From Mobula hypostoma (taxonomy: Eukaryota), in assembly GCF_963921235.1 (NCBI RefSeq), contig NC_086108.1:54438001-54502000 (forward strand): a DNA stretch of 64,000 bases, written 5' to 3'. The position numbers and the translations under genes were made by a program. Below the pieces are notes generated by a model that was not told where the DNA came from, ran no database searches, and saw only the letters and a program-made list of their open reading frames with translations. This document shows positions 37,706 through 50,299 of the stretch, piece by piece (the first letter of the stretch is position 1; every line of letters begins with the position of its first letter).

Positions 37706-39460
37706 CAGAATCAGGTTTATTATCACTGGCATGTGTCATGAAATTTGTTAACTTAGCAGCAACAGTTCAATGCAAAATATAGAAGAAAAAATAAAACAAT
37801 AATAATAAGTAAATCAATTACAATATATGTTTATTGAATAGATCAAAAATTATGCAAAAACCAGAAATAATATATATTTTAAAAAGTGAGTTAGTGTCTA
37901 AAAATTCAATGTCCATTTAGGAATCAGATGGCAGAGGGGAAGAAGCTGTTCCTGAATCGCTGAGTGTGTGCCTTCAGGCTTCTGTATCTCCTACCTGATG
38001 GTAACAGTGAGAAAAGGGCATGCCCTGGGCACTGGGGGTCCTTAATACTTTTCTGAGACACGGCTCCCTAAAGATGTCCTAGGTACTTTGTAGGCTAGTA
38101 CCCAAGATGGAGCTGACTAGATTTACAACCTTCTGCAGCTTGGTTCAGTCCTGTGCAGTAGCAACCCCCCCCCACCCCCATACCAGACAGTGATTCAGCC
38201 TGTCACAATGCTCTCCATGGTACATCTTTAGAAGTTTGAGTGTATTTGTTGACATTCCAAATCTCTTCAAACTCCTAATGAAGTATAGTCGCTGTCTTGC
38301 CTTCTTTATAACTGCATCAGTATGTTGGAACCAGGTCAGATCCTCAGATCTTGACACCCAGGAACTTGAAACTGCTCACTGTCTCCACTTCTGATCCCTC
38401 TGTGAGGATTGGTATGTGTTCCTTCCTCTTACCCTTCCTGAAGTCCACAATCAGCTCTTTCATCTTAGTGACGTTGAGTGTCAGGTTGTTGCTGCGACAC
38501 CACTCCACTAGTGGACATATTCCCCCCCCCCCCCCGCCGTACACCCTCTCATCACCCCCTGAAATTCTACCAACAATGGTCGTACCATCAGCAAATTTAT
38601 AGACGGTACTTGAGCTATGCCTAGCCACACAGTCATGGGTATGGAGAGAGTAGGGCAGTGGGCTAAGCACACACACCTGAGGTGCACCAGTGTTGATCGT
38701 CAGCGAGGAGATGTTATCACCAATCCGCGCAGATTGTGGTCTTCCGGTTAGAAAGTCAAGGATCCAATTGCAGAGGGAGGTAACGAGGCCCAGGCTCTGC
38801 AATTTCTCAATCAGGATTGTGGGAATGATGGTATTAAATGCTGAGCTATAGTTGATGAACAGCATCCTGACGTACATATTTGTGTTGTCCAGGTGGTCTA
38901 AAGCCGTGCGGAGAGCCATGGAGATTGCGTCTGCTGTTGACCTATTGTGGCAAAAGGCAAATTGCAATGGATCCAGGTCCTTGCTGAGGCAGGAGTTCAG
39001 TCTAATCATGACCAACCTCTCAAAGCATTTCGTCACTACAGTGAGTGCTACTGGCCAATAGTCATTAAGGCAGCTCATATTATTCTTCTTAGGCACTGAT
39101 ATAATTGTTGCCTTTTTGAAGCAAGTGGGAACTTCCACCTGTAGCAGTGACAGGTTGAAAATGCCCTTGAATTCTCCCACTAGTTGGTTGGCACAGGTTT
39201 TTAGAGCCTTACCAGGTACTCCATCGGGACCTTCCGCCTTGTGAGGGTTCACTCTCTTTGGTGACAGCCTAACATCAGCCTCTGAGACAGAGATCACAGG
39301 GTCATCAGGTGCAGCAGGGATCTTCACAGCTGTAGTTATATTCTCCCTTTCAAAGCGGGCATGGAAGGCATTGAGTTCATCTGGTAGTGAAGCATCGCTG
39401 CCATTCGTGCTATTGGGTTTCGCTTTGTAAGAAGTAATGTCTTGCAAACCCTGCAAGACT
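37706..39460 (-). mobile_element. Rex1/Babar-like LINE, 5'-truncated, RT largely readable
   Basis: 370-aa ORF: GPDGVPG...LNDYWPVALT...DPLQFAF...YVRMLFINYSSAFNTI...GAPQ...KFADGTT; (TTCTGA) tail. Confidence 0.92.
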
Positions 39461-40029
39461 GGCAGAGGAGATACTTGGCTCTTAGAACAATTCTGGGGGC
39501 GTTACCTGTCAGTTCCAATCAGAAGGCCTTGTGCTGTGCTTCACCAATCAGCTGGCAACCCAAATTACAGAGGATGACAGTACCAGAAATAGCAGACGCA
39601 AATGCTATGTGCAGGTGACTAGTAAATTCTGTTGTCTCACTGGAATATGGAATATGTGGGCAAAGAAACCACCATTTCAACAGGCAAGCAAGACATGAAT
39701 AGTGATGCAGTGAAACCTTGCTTCAACCCTGCAGGTTGTAATATGACTGCAATCCTATTGTTGGCGGAGAGTGGTGACAATGCAGGCATGTCAATCATAA
39801 CTGCAGGGTCAGACCACTGGTTAAAAGTGAAAGAGTAAGTCGAGATAGCTTGCACTGACAATGACATCCACAAGAGTCAGGAATGTTGCACTTGATACCA
39901 CAAGTAAACCTTAGGCCTCCTTTGCCCAGGGATTTTATTCCCTCCACCGCGGCTGTCAATATACCTCTTGTGAATTACTCTCACTGCAATCTGCAGCACG
40001 TTAAAACAATGTACTTTTGAACTGACAAT

Positions 40030-42930
40030 GTTAACTACAGATTTCAAAATCTTCTGAAGGACTCAACCGTTAACTCTCAGGCAAGCAGTTACCGCACCTA
40101 CGAGGGTTCATCGCCAAGGCCAGAAGCAAGGCAGGGGGAATCCAAGCCAGGCTGAAATACAGAGGAACAACTTCTCTACGCAGCAACTTGTTAGCAAATG
40201 ATGTCGTCACTGGAGAACAAGATTGAAGAATTGAAAACCCAAGGGCAAGATTGCTGTAGCAGAGGGAAATGAGTAATTGTTGTGTTCTGTGTTTTACCGA
40301 GACAAGGTTTACTCAGAGCACACCAGGTTCGGCAATCAGATCTGAAGGCACCTCGATGAACCGAACTGCTGATTCAGAAAAGGAAAAAGGTTTCATGATA
40401 AACTCTCTGTGCTGCTGTTGTCATACCTGTCCCTCCCACACCCCTTCCCACCCTTCATTGACTTGGAACATTGCCGACTGTTCTGTTTACCAAGAATTCT
40501 CCTCCGTCATCCTGACCACAGTTTACCTACTGTCAGCCGACTATAATCAGACACTTGAGATACTGTATGCTGAGGTCACCAAACAGGAAACAGTCCACCC
40601 TGACACATTTCAGATCACAGATGGGGACTTCAATCTGGCTTTTCTGAAGAAATCTGTCAACATATAACACGGAGTGGCAGAGGACCCAACATAGGTGACC
40701 ACTGTTATACTATGATAAGGAATGTCTACCGTACCATGCTCAGACCATTTTCAGGAAATCTGATCACCTGACTGAGCTCCTCCCGGCATACAGGCAGAGG
40801 GTGAAGTGCAAGGCTCCTGATAAGGACAAGAAAGATGACTGCAGCAGGTAGAGGTGTGGCTACGGGACAGCTTCAAGTCAGCAGACTGCTCTGTGTTCAA
40901 GGACGAATCAGTGGATCTGAATGAATACTGTTGTCACAGCCTTTATAAAAACAGTTGTAGATGACTGTGTCCCCACAAAATCATTCAGTCTTCCCCAACC
41001 AAAAGCCCTGGATGAACCATGAGATCTGAAATCTGCTGAGGGCCAGGTCAGAGGCATTCGGTTCTGGTGACGAAGTAAGATACAAAAAGGTCCAGGTATG
41101 ATCTGCTGAAAGCCATCTCACAGGTAAAGTGGCAATTCCAGGCTAAACTTAACTCAATGAATGATGCTCAACAGCTGTGGCAGGGCTTCACTTCCAGAGG
41201 AATTCAATGCTTTCTATGCTTGCCTTGACCGTCAGGACATGGAAGAACTTTCACAAGCTCCTACAGCCCCCACTGACACTGTGATTTCAGTCTCTGAGGC
41301 TGACGAGAGAGCATCCTTCAGGAGGGTGAACCCACGGAAAGCATCCGACCCAGAGAGGATACCTGGATGAGTGCTAAAGACCTGTGCTGATCAACTGGCA
41401 GGAGTTTGCACTGATATCTTTAACCTCTTGCTTCAGTAATTTGAGGTATCCACCTGTTTAAACAGGTTTTAAATCATACCAGTGTCTCAGGAGAACATGG
41501 TAACCAGCCTCAATGACTATCGTCCAATAGCACTTACATCCACTGTGATGGAATGTTTTGTGAGGTTGGCGATGAAGCATAAAACTCCTGAGAAGCAACT
41601 TGGATCCACTCCAATTTGCCTACTGGCACGACGGGTCCACAGCAGCTGCCATTTCATTGGCTCATCACTCAACTCTGGAACATCTGGACAGCAAAGATGC
41701 ATCCATCAGGATGCTCTTTATCAACTACAGCTCAGCATTCAACGCTATTGTTCCCCACAAAACTAATCAATAAGCTTCAAGACCTTGGCCTCAATACCTC
41801 CTTTCACAATTGGATCCTGAATTTCTCACTTCCAGAGCCCAGTCAGATTGGCAGCAAGATCTCCTCCTCAATCTCCATCAGCACTGAGTGCTTAGTCCCC
41901 TGCTCTACTGTGCTTTTTTCTTACAATTGTGGCTAAGTACAGCTCCAATGCCATTCTTAAATTTGCTGATGACATCACTGCTGTTGGTTGAATTAAAGGT
42001 GGTGACAAATCAGCATATCGGAGGGAGATTGAAAATCTGGCTGAGTGGAGCCACAGCAACAACCTCTCACTCAATGTCAGCAAGACTAAGGAGCTGATTA
42101 TTGACTTCAGGAGGAGGAAACCAAAGGTCCATAAGCCAGTACTCATCGGGGGAATCAAGGGTGGAGAGGTCAGCAACCTTCACTCTCCAGTGTTATCATT
42201 TTAGCAGATGTGTTCTATCCTAGGCCCAGTATGCAAGTGAAATTACGAAGAAAGCACAGCAGCACCTCTACTTCCTTAGATGTGTGAGAAGATTCGGCAT
42301 GAGATCTAAAACGTAGACAAACTTCTATAGATGGGTGATGGAGAGAATACTGACGGGCTGGATCACAGCCTGGTATGGAAAAAACCAAAGCCCGTGAACG
42401 GGAAATCCTGCAAATGTAGTGGATATGACACAGTCCATCACTGCTAAAGCCCTCCCCACTATTGAGCACATCTGCACAGAGCGCTGCCGCAGGAAATCAG
42501 CATCCATCATCGTGGAACCCCACTGCCCAGGATGTGTTCTCTTCTCGCTGCTGCCATTGGGAAGGTGGTACAGGAACCACAGGACTCTCACTACCAAGTT
42601 CAGGAACAGTTATTATCCCTCAACCATCAGGCTCTTGAATGAGTGGGGATAACTTCACCCAACTTCACTTGTCCCATCACTGAACTGTTTGCACTTTAAA
42701 GGACTCTTCATCTCATGTTCTCGATATATATTGCTTATTTATTTATTTATGTTCTTTTGTATTTGCACGGTTAGTCATCTTTTGCACACTGGCTGCTTCG
42801 CCACCCAGTTTGGTGCAGTCTTTGATTCAATTCGATTATGGTTCTGAGTACGCCCAGAAAAGTTATGTCAGAGTTGTATATGGTGACATACATGTACCTT
42901 GATAAATAATATATTTACTTCGAACTTTGA
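40030..42930 (+). mobile_element. Rex1/Babar-like LINE, decayed EN + RT
   Basis: CCVLCFTET, GDFN, LNDYRPIALTSTVMECF, KFADD remnants; cgaactttga tail. Confidence 0.88.
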
Positions 42931-43517
42931 TTACTACATCTCTCTATGCCAGGGATGGGCAACCTGTGGCGCACTGGATGATTAGAAGTGGTGCATTGCA
43001 CACCAGTGATAATAATAAAAAAGTAAGCCTACTCACGCAAAAAGTATTAACCAAAAACTGATCTGCAGAAAAAAAAATCTATAACAGGAATTCAAGGAGC
43101 TTAGAGCTAGAAATGGGTTTTACTGAGAATAAATCTAAAACTTAGACATTATGTTCAATGATTTTATTATTTCGTGCACATCTTTTGGCGAATGTTATCT
43201 TCTTTCACGTTAATCTGCTTTCAATTTTTAAAAAAATGTTCAATGAGTCAAACTAGGAAAGAAGGACTTTTGTTCTGCAGTCGTTCCATAACTGTTCAAT
43301 ACACGTTTGATACTTATTTGATCCTGAGGCACCAGGCGTCTGCACCAGCGGTGCATCGCATGTTTTTGCCAGTCAATTTACAATTGACACTCGTGCACTA
43401 CGGAGTTGTGCTTTGTCCGTCCTTTGTGAACATTTGCAGTTTTGTACTTTTTCGAAAATTAAGCCTTGTTTTTACATTCAGTTACCCATCATAGTGCAAG
43501 AGAAAAGCAGAAAGTGA

Positions 43518-44954
43518 TGATCCCCTTAAATGATCCCCCTGGCACTGCAAGCAATTTAGCTGCCGCGCCCGCCCCCCCGCCCCCCCAGCCAGAGAAGACA
43601 CACTGAAAGCTTCTCCCCAATCTCCTAACACAGGTATGGAAAGCCCCCAGGTGCTGCATTTTACTTCCAGTTGAACCAGACGCATTTTCCCCCGCTTTCA
43701 GATAACTGGCAGCTGTCACTGCAGGGTAATTGAACCTGACAGTTCTGACAACATCAACAGCCTGCCTACTCAAACTTTCAACCAATCCCTGCTGCTCTCC
43801 CTCAACCGAGCTTTGCCACTCATCTAACAAGTGAGAGATCCGCTCCGTCCACGTCTTGTATGCCTCCGCCCCTTTAGGGGTGGACATTATCCCAAAAACC
43901 AGGCGGAGCCTGCCATAGCTGGAACATTTATTCGTAGACACTACCTCCGAATCAGACCACTCTTTCCTCTCTCTCCTAACAATATGGACAGCCCATGGTC
44001 CTGCCTCACCTGGGGCACCAATAGACACTGGCAGTCCCACCACCATTTCGTCAGCACTAGTCTGAACTCGAATAAAGACCTCTGGGGTACCAACAGCCAC
44101 CCCACCCAACATGCATACAGTAACAACCAGCAATCCCACAGAGACACACCAGATTTCCGTCCCCACAGCATGCATAATTTAAAGAGGGCAATCACACCGC
44201 TTCCTACAAAAATCTATATTCCGGACGAGTAACCCCACAACGTAGCCCCCCGGTAAGCCTCAGGCTCACTCAGCTCACTTTCGCCTAGGGGGAGCAGCCT
44301 TCAGCCCCGCCAAACTGGGTAATCAAGTTTGTGTAGATGCTGTGTGATGTACCCCACCATGCTAAATAACAGATAATACACCATTTGCGATTAAATGATT
44401 ACACTTTATCACTCTTACTTTGACTGTGTAATTAATAGAGATACAATATGAAAGGAAAGTAAAAGGCACCAGACTTATCAAAGTTTAACCACTTCGTGCA
44501 CAACCGTTGGAGCTCAATTAACGGGGTCTTCTTTCCACCATTCGACCCCCTCCGACCTCCTCGACCCGCTGCCTGGGACCAACCACGGTGGTTGACCAGA
44601 GAGCGTCCAGCACGTCTTTCCTCTTCGGTTCTCCTCCCGAAAACCCTGGGCCTCGGACTCCTGCTTGGGGTCCATTCCGTCACCCAGTTTACGGCATCGC
44701 GCCTCCTCTCCCTGTCCCCATCGTGCCTTCTGCCCCAAAGCCCGTGAAAACAATAGCTTACAGACACACAAGAATAACATCTATCCCAATTGGCTAGCAA
44801 ATGAATACAATTCTCTTTATCAGTAATATAACCCAAACTAACTGCTAGAGAGAACCACTGTCTCAGCAGTTAACATCACAGAGAAGCCATTTTTATAACA
44901 ACAAAGCCAATTTTATCAGCCTTAACAATAAACTAAAAGAAGAAAACCCTTACA
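43518..44954 (-). mobile_element. Ty3/Gypsy fragment: one LTR (44241-44954), tRNA-Pro-like PBS (44218-44237), PNMA-type gag remnant
   Basis: LTR begins TGTAAG and ends GGGGCTACG; PBS tggggttactcgtccggaat resembles TGGGGGCTCGTCCGGGAT; gag YGRLRLVFG...W...LLDEWQ...LVESL...YLKA. Confidence 0.8.
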
Positions 44955-45261
44955 GTGATAGTAAGCATGAATTCAATGAACAGTGGGAAAATGAGTTCTT
45001 ATTTATAGTGGGTCCGCCAGGAAAACTATTGTGCATTGTTTGTGAAAACACTTTCTCACATGAAATTTGATGAGCTTCCCTCAGTCCCAAATGTTTCTGG
45101 CATGATTAATTTCTGGCGACCATTACCCTGTGAATATTTTCCATAACTAAGAAAATTTGCCCAGAGTTTTATCTGTCGTTTCGAATGACGTACTGATGTG
45201 AACAAGCATTTTCAGCCATGAAATTGATTAAAAACAAAATGAGGTCACAACTGACTGATTC

Positions 45262-46047
45262 TGTTATGGACCAGCAGCAATGAATATAAAGGTGAGTCAG
45301 GTTTTATAAACAAACGATGAGATTTATTAACTTCTACTCAAAATATAGAAAAGTAAACAAACGACTAACTTAATCGGAAATTAACAGTTAGGCGACTATA
45401 TCGAACAGTCAAAGTTATGAACTGTTCTTAACGAGTTCTCATCTAAGCACAGACTTAAAGTGATAAATTCAAAAGTCCAAGTGATTTATTCAGTCATTAA
45501 GGAGAGAGTTCCCCGAAACAACGATTCCTTCGAAGTAATGACGAATCTGCCGATCACAGCTAAGAGGTGCCTTGTCCAAAGAAATCATGAAGAAATAAAG
45601 GATCTGACCTTTTGGCTGGAGGGTGGTCACTGCACAAACCTTTCCCGACCTTGCAGGGGTTTAACTCAAATGTGCAAGCCACAATTCCCAAACAAAAACT
45701 CAAAAAGGTCGATCATTCCCAAGACGCTGAACGACATTAACTTTACCCAGTCCTTTGAGCTCAGATAACTCTGGTAATGCCTTCACTTTCCGATACTGGA
45801 CTGTAAGGGAAAAATAAACGTGCAACAAACAAAACCGGTGGCATCTCCAAAACATCCGACCAGTAGCAACAACATTGCACCAATAATAAAAATGAGAACT
45901 GCATCACAGTGGTGGGCTTTTCTTTTATACCATGCCATCACGTGACATCATCACCCTGCTATCATGAGACAATTACATCATGCCCATCACGAGATAATGA
46001 CATAATGCTCACAAGATAATTACATCATGCTGACGGAATATGTAACA
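45262..46047 (-). mobile_element. Solo LTR with 4-bp TSD attc
   Basis: TGTTA...TAACA termini; TSD at 45258-45261 / 46048-46051; minus-strand TATA (about 45925) and AATAAA (about 45325); short tandem repeats in putative U3. Confidence 0.85.
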
Positions 46048-46204
46048 ATTCTCTGTGGCTCTCAGTAATTAATTTAACTCCAAACATTAAAAGCTTGGCA
46101 AAATCAAAACAGATTCAAACGTCTCATTAAGGTAAGTAATGTTTATCTTGTTTTTATATTAAAATATATCAATATATCATGTAAAAATGCTAAATATGTC
46201 TATA

Positions 46205-47817
46205 CAGGTTTCCCCCGCCATCCGAAGGTAGAGCGTTCCTATGAAACAGTTTGTAAGCCGAAATGTCGTAGTGAAGAAGCAATTACCATTTATTTATACG
46301 GGAAAATTTTGTGAGCAGTCACAGACCCAAAAATAACCTACCAAATCATGCCAAATAGCACATAAAACCTAAAATAACAGTAACATATAGTAAAAGCAGG
46401 AATGATATGATAAATACACAGCCTATATAAAGTAGAAATACTTTTCCACAATCATTACTGCACCGTTCTCCGTAGCGAAAATCTCATGCAACCGCGGTCG
46501 GCAGAAAATCTCACACAAGCGCTGTTAGTAAAAACACGGTGCAAGCGCTCTCCAGTAACCTTTAAGCTATGAAGCTGCCAAATCATACCAAATAACACGT
46601 AAAAATACACGGTCTATACAAAGTAGAAATAATGTATGTACAGTGTAGTATCACTTACCGGAATTGGTTCAGCGCCAAGCACACTGATGATCATGTGTTA
46701 GGCTGAGTCATCGCAGGTTGGGGTGGTGCAGTGGCCCCCACACTCCGGGCCACCAACCGATACCGAACCGCGAAGCATGCAGGGGTGCAGCAGTAGCCGG
46801 GAGGCACACAGTACATCTTTAAGAAAAAAGCCGAAACAAACATGCTAATTAATTAGGGGCCGCCCGGCACGTAATTGTCGGCCCAGATCAGTGCCGATTT
46901 CCGATTACGTCATCTCTGATCTGGGCCGACAACTACATGTCAGGCGGCACCTAATTAATTAGTCTGTTTGTTTCGGCTTTTTTCTTAAAGCTGTGCTGCG
47001 TGCCTCCCGGCTACCACCGCATTCTCTGCGAATTGGTATCTGTCCGTGGCCTGGGGGTTGGGGTGGTGGGACACTGGGGTGTTATCTCGTCATCGTCTGT
47101 TTCCATTAGGGCAGGCAGGTCATCTGCTATCTCTTCCTGCCTCGAGGTCAAAGGTCGAGGTTCATCGTCTGCTGTGGCTGATGTGGAAGGCTTGCTTGAC
47201 TGCTGAGCCGCGTGCATTTTTCTATCACACAGCTCCTTGTAAGGACTCAAACCATCTTGCAAATATCCCCTAAACCTATGTACGCTTTCAAAATTAAAGT
47301 CGTACTTTATCATTGCAGCGAAAATCTCACGCAGTTGCTTCACGTTCAGTTTGCTAATGCATTCGGCTTCGATTGTTATCCTTTTTTCTTCCAATTGCAT
47401 CAGCTCTTCATCTATCAGATCTTGGTCATGGGATGCCGAAACCTCTTCAACATCATGTTCGTCAGCTTCCACAAGCCAAACTCACTTTGTCCTTACTTCG
47501 TTCACCACGATCGAAAAGCTTAATTATGTCTAGTTTTTCGCTAAGTGTAACACCCTTAAGAGCTCTTTTAGGCTTTTCCAATACATAGAACTCATCTTGC
47601 AAGTGGCTGCTCACAGGCACGTGTTTAAGCAATGCCAGCTAGAATGCCACTCCGAATCCGGGGAGAGCGCCTGCTCAGGGCATGTGCTGATTTTTTCGCC
47701 AGCTTTTTTTTTGTAACAGTGAAAACACCTTCTGAAAGCGAAAACAGAGTACTAATGTAGGTCTTTCGTAACAGTGAGGTTTCGTAAAGCGAATGTTCCA
47801 AAAGCGGGGGACACCTG
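46205..47817 (-). mobile_element. Tigger/pogo element, internally deleted
   Basis: TA-flanked TIRs caggtttcccccgc / gcgggggacacctg; TIGD1-like C-terminal ORF (DVEEV..SH..DLIDEELMQLE). Confidence 0.88.
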
Positions 47818-47939
47818 TATTAACATATTTTTACAAGAATTGAATGGGGGTACAAGAGTTGTATGGCGCATCTGAACTCATGAGTGAGAAAATTGATGCA
47901 TGAAATGTAAAAGGTTGGCCACCCCTGCTGTAGGCTCTC

Positions 47940-49140
47940 ATGTTTACTGGCATCAGGAAGCCCATTCTGCAGCCACTTTCCAAATGAATTTCTACTTTGC
48001 TGTCAGAATGAGAGTCTGGCCAGGTTTGGGGAGGATGTAACATCTCCACTGCAGCAGTGAGAAACTGAAGGTGAACTTGTCCAGCTGGTTGGCACGTTTT
48101 CAATGCCCTGCCAGGTACACCATCAGGACCTAATGCTTTGTAAGGGTTTACCCTCTTGAAAGATGTTCTGATGCTGGCTTAAATCACAGGATCACCAGAT
48201 GCTGCAGGGATTCGCACCAGTGTAGTTATATTCTCCCTTTCAAAGCATGTGTAAAGTGTGTTGAGCTTATCCGGGAGTGAAGCATCACTGTCTTTCATGA
48301 TGTTAGGTTTGCCTTGAGGAAGTAATGGCCTGCAAACCCTGTCAGAGCTGATGTGCATCTGATTCCGTCTCTAACTTCAATCAGAATTGCTTTCTTGCTC
48401 TTAAAATAGCCTTCCCTTGGGCATACCTGGACTTCTCATATAGTTCTGGATCACCGATTTTGAATGCCACCGATTAATTTATTTATCTTTCTATCTGCCT
48501 AGAGATTCAGTGTGGAATAGGGCCTGCCACACTGTCTTGAATACTGCAGATCTAGCCCTCAAAAAGATTGCAGATCTCCTGGCCCATCCTCGGCTCTTGG
48601 TTTGGGCATGTCCAATATCTTCTTAGAGGAATGCACTCATCCACACAGGTCTTGACGAAGTCAGTGACAACTGTGGTGTATGCATTCAGCTTCGAAGATG
48701 AATCCATAACTGCTGTCCCATCCATCAATTCAAAGCAATCCTGTAAGCACTCCTCTGCCTCCCTTGACCATACCTTTGTGGTCCTCACCACTGGTACTGT
48801 GGTCCTCATTCTATGTTTGTACACAAGAAGTAGAATACAACTAGGTGATCAGACTTTCCAAAGTTCCAGTGTGAGATGGCTCAATAACCATTTTTAATGG
48901 TGGTGTAACTGTGGTCAAGTCTATTGGCTCCTCTGGTTAACAACTTCTTTAAACTGGCCAGGTTGAATCCCCCAAAATGATAGGGAAAGTTGTGCTGTTT
49001 TGTGACTCCTGATCATGGTGCTCAACTCCTCCAATGCCTGCCTGATATTGGCCAGAGGTGAAATATACACCACTAGCAGGAAGATGGCAGAAAACTCCCT
49101 CAGCAGAGAAAATGGGCATTTGACCACCAGATGCTCACTT
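47940..49140 (-). mobile_element. Rex1/Babar-like LINE fragment
   Basis: KVWSREAEECLQDCF; LPREF-like EN remnant. Confidence 0.75.
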
Positions 49141-49691
49141 TCCTACCTCACTCTATTTTCAAAGAACTATTAACTGTTGCAATGTTAAATTACATAATGG
49201 GTAATACCCACAAAAATTTAACAAATTCCCTGTAAGGGTATTCTATAGATGACACACAGCACATGGAAAGCTATTTAAATAGTATTGGTGACTATCTAAG
49301 CAGGCCTTTCAACTTGTTGGCCACTAATACCAGAGGCTTGTATCTGGGAATCATTATCTTTAGCTAACAACAAAATTAAAGCCAAAAGCTCTCAGGACTC
49401 TGGCTCTCTCTGGCAACTACAATGGTAAATACACAATTACAGATGTTCCTATCAAACAGGAGACAAAGGGTTCTTAAAGCATCCCCACGAACAGTCCCAC
49501 AAGAACTCACAGAGGTGGCCTGGCCTAAATATTTCTAACAAAGTACATGCTGTATTGGGCAGAGTAAAAGTACATACAGTATATGTTATCACATACTACC
49601 TTGAGATTCATTTTCTTGCAGATACTTATAGGAAAATAAATACAATAGAATTTATGAGAAACTATACACAGGGAAAGACAGACAAACAACC

Positions 49692-50299
49692 TGTTAAAGT
49701 CGAATCTGAGTAAAACTCAGGAGACCAGCTTCTTATCGTCACCAGTTTATTGTGCACTCTCCTGCAGGAGTTTGAGACCCAGTTGTCAAAGGGAAGGCAC
49801 GTAAGTACTGCCACCATCTAACAAGTGGACTCCCTTAGTCAGGTTACAGCCACATATTTATACATAGTAAGCCCCATACATTACTACTGCAAGACGTTAT
49901 TAGAACTGCTATGCCCACCAAGTCTGTTGGTGCAAAACCTAATTACTTAGATAATAGAGTCCACTAAATCAAGGTTTAATTACAGATGGATGTACAGATG
50001 GATTCCTTATCAGTTATTCCCTTTGCAAGGCCCTGACTTAATTCCAAACAGATGCTCACTCCTGTCCTTATCAGTGAGTCCTCCTCCCCTTACTCAAATG
50101 AGGGTACAAAGTATAATGTTATCAACCTCCCAATGTCTCTCTGTAAGCCAAAGAGAACTGGTAATGAGTTTGTCTTAGCTAACTGCTGAAGAGAGAGTTT
50201 ACTTCAGTTTAAAAATTCCTATTCAGTCTCAATGATTCTTTTAGCCAGAGGTTACATAGGTTCAAAATGATTTTTTTCCCCAATATCCTCAGTTCCTCA
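49692..50299 (-). mobile_element. Solo LTR (ERV/Gypsy-type) with 4-bp TSD aacc
   Basis: TG...CA termini; TSD at 49688-49691 / 50300-50303; minus-strand TATAAATA (about 49858) and AATAAA (about 49748). Confidence 0.8.

Larger units (their letters stand above)
42950..47927 (+). mobile_element. hAT (Charlie/SPIN-like) DNA transposon, internally deleted, hosting three nested elements
   Basis: TIRs cagggatgggcaacct / aggttggccacccctg; imperfect 8-bp TSD ctctatgc / ctgtaggc; transposase remnants FNEQWENEFLF...LCIVCE and CEQAFSAMKLIKNKMRSQLTD. Confidence 0.8.

Noticed and set aside
38344..39456. 370-aa reverse transcriptase ORF as a functional gene
   Set aside because: 5'-truncated LINE with altered catalytic motif (FADG instead of FADD) and a frameshifted C-terminus.
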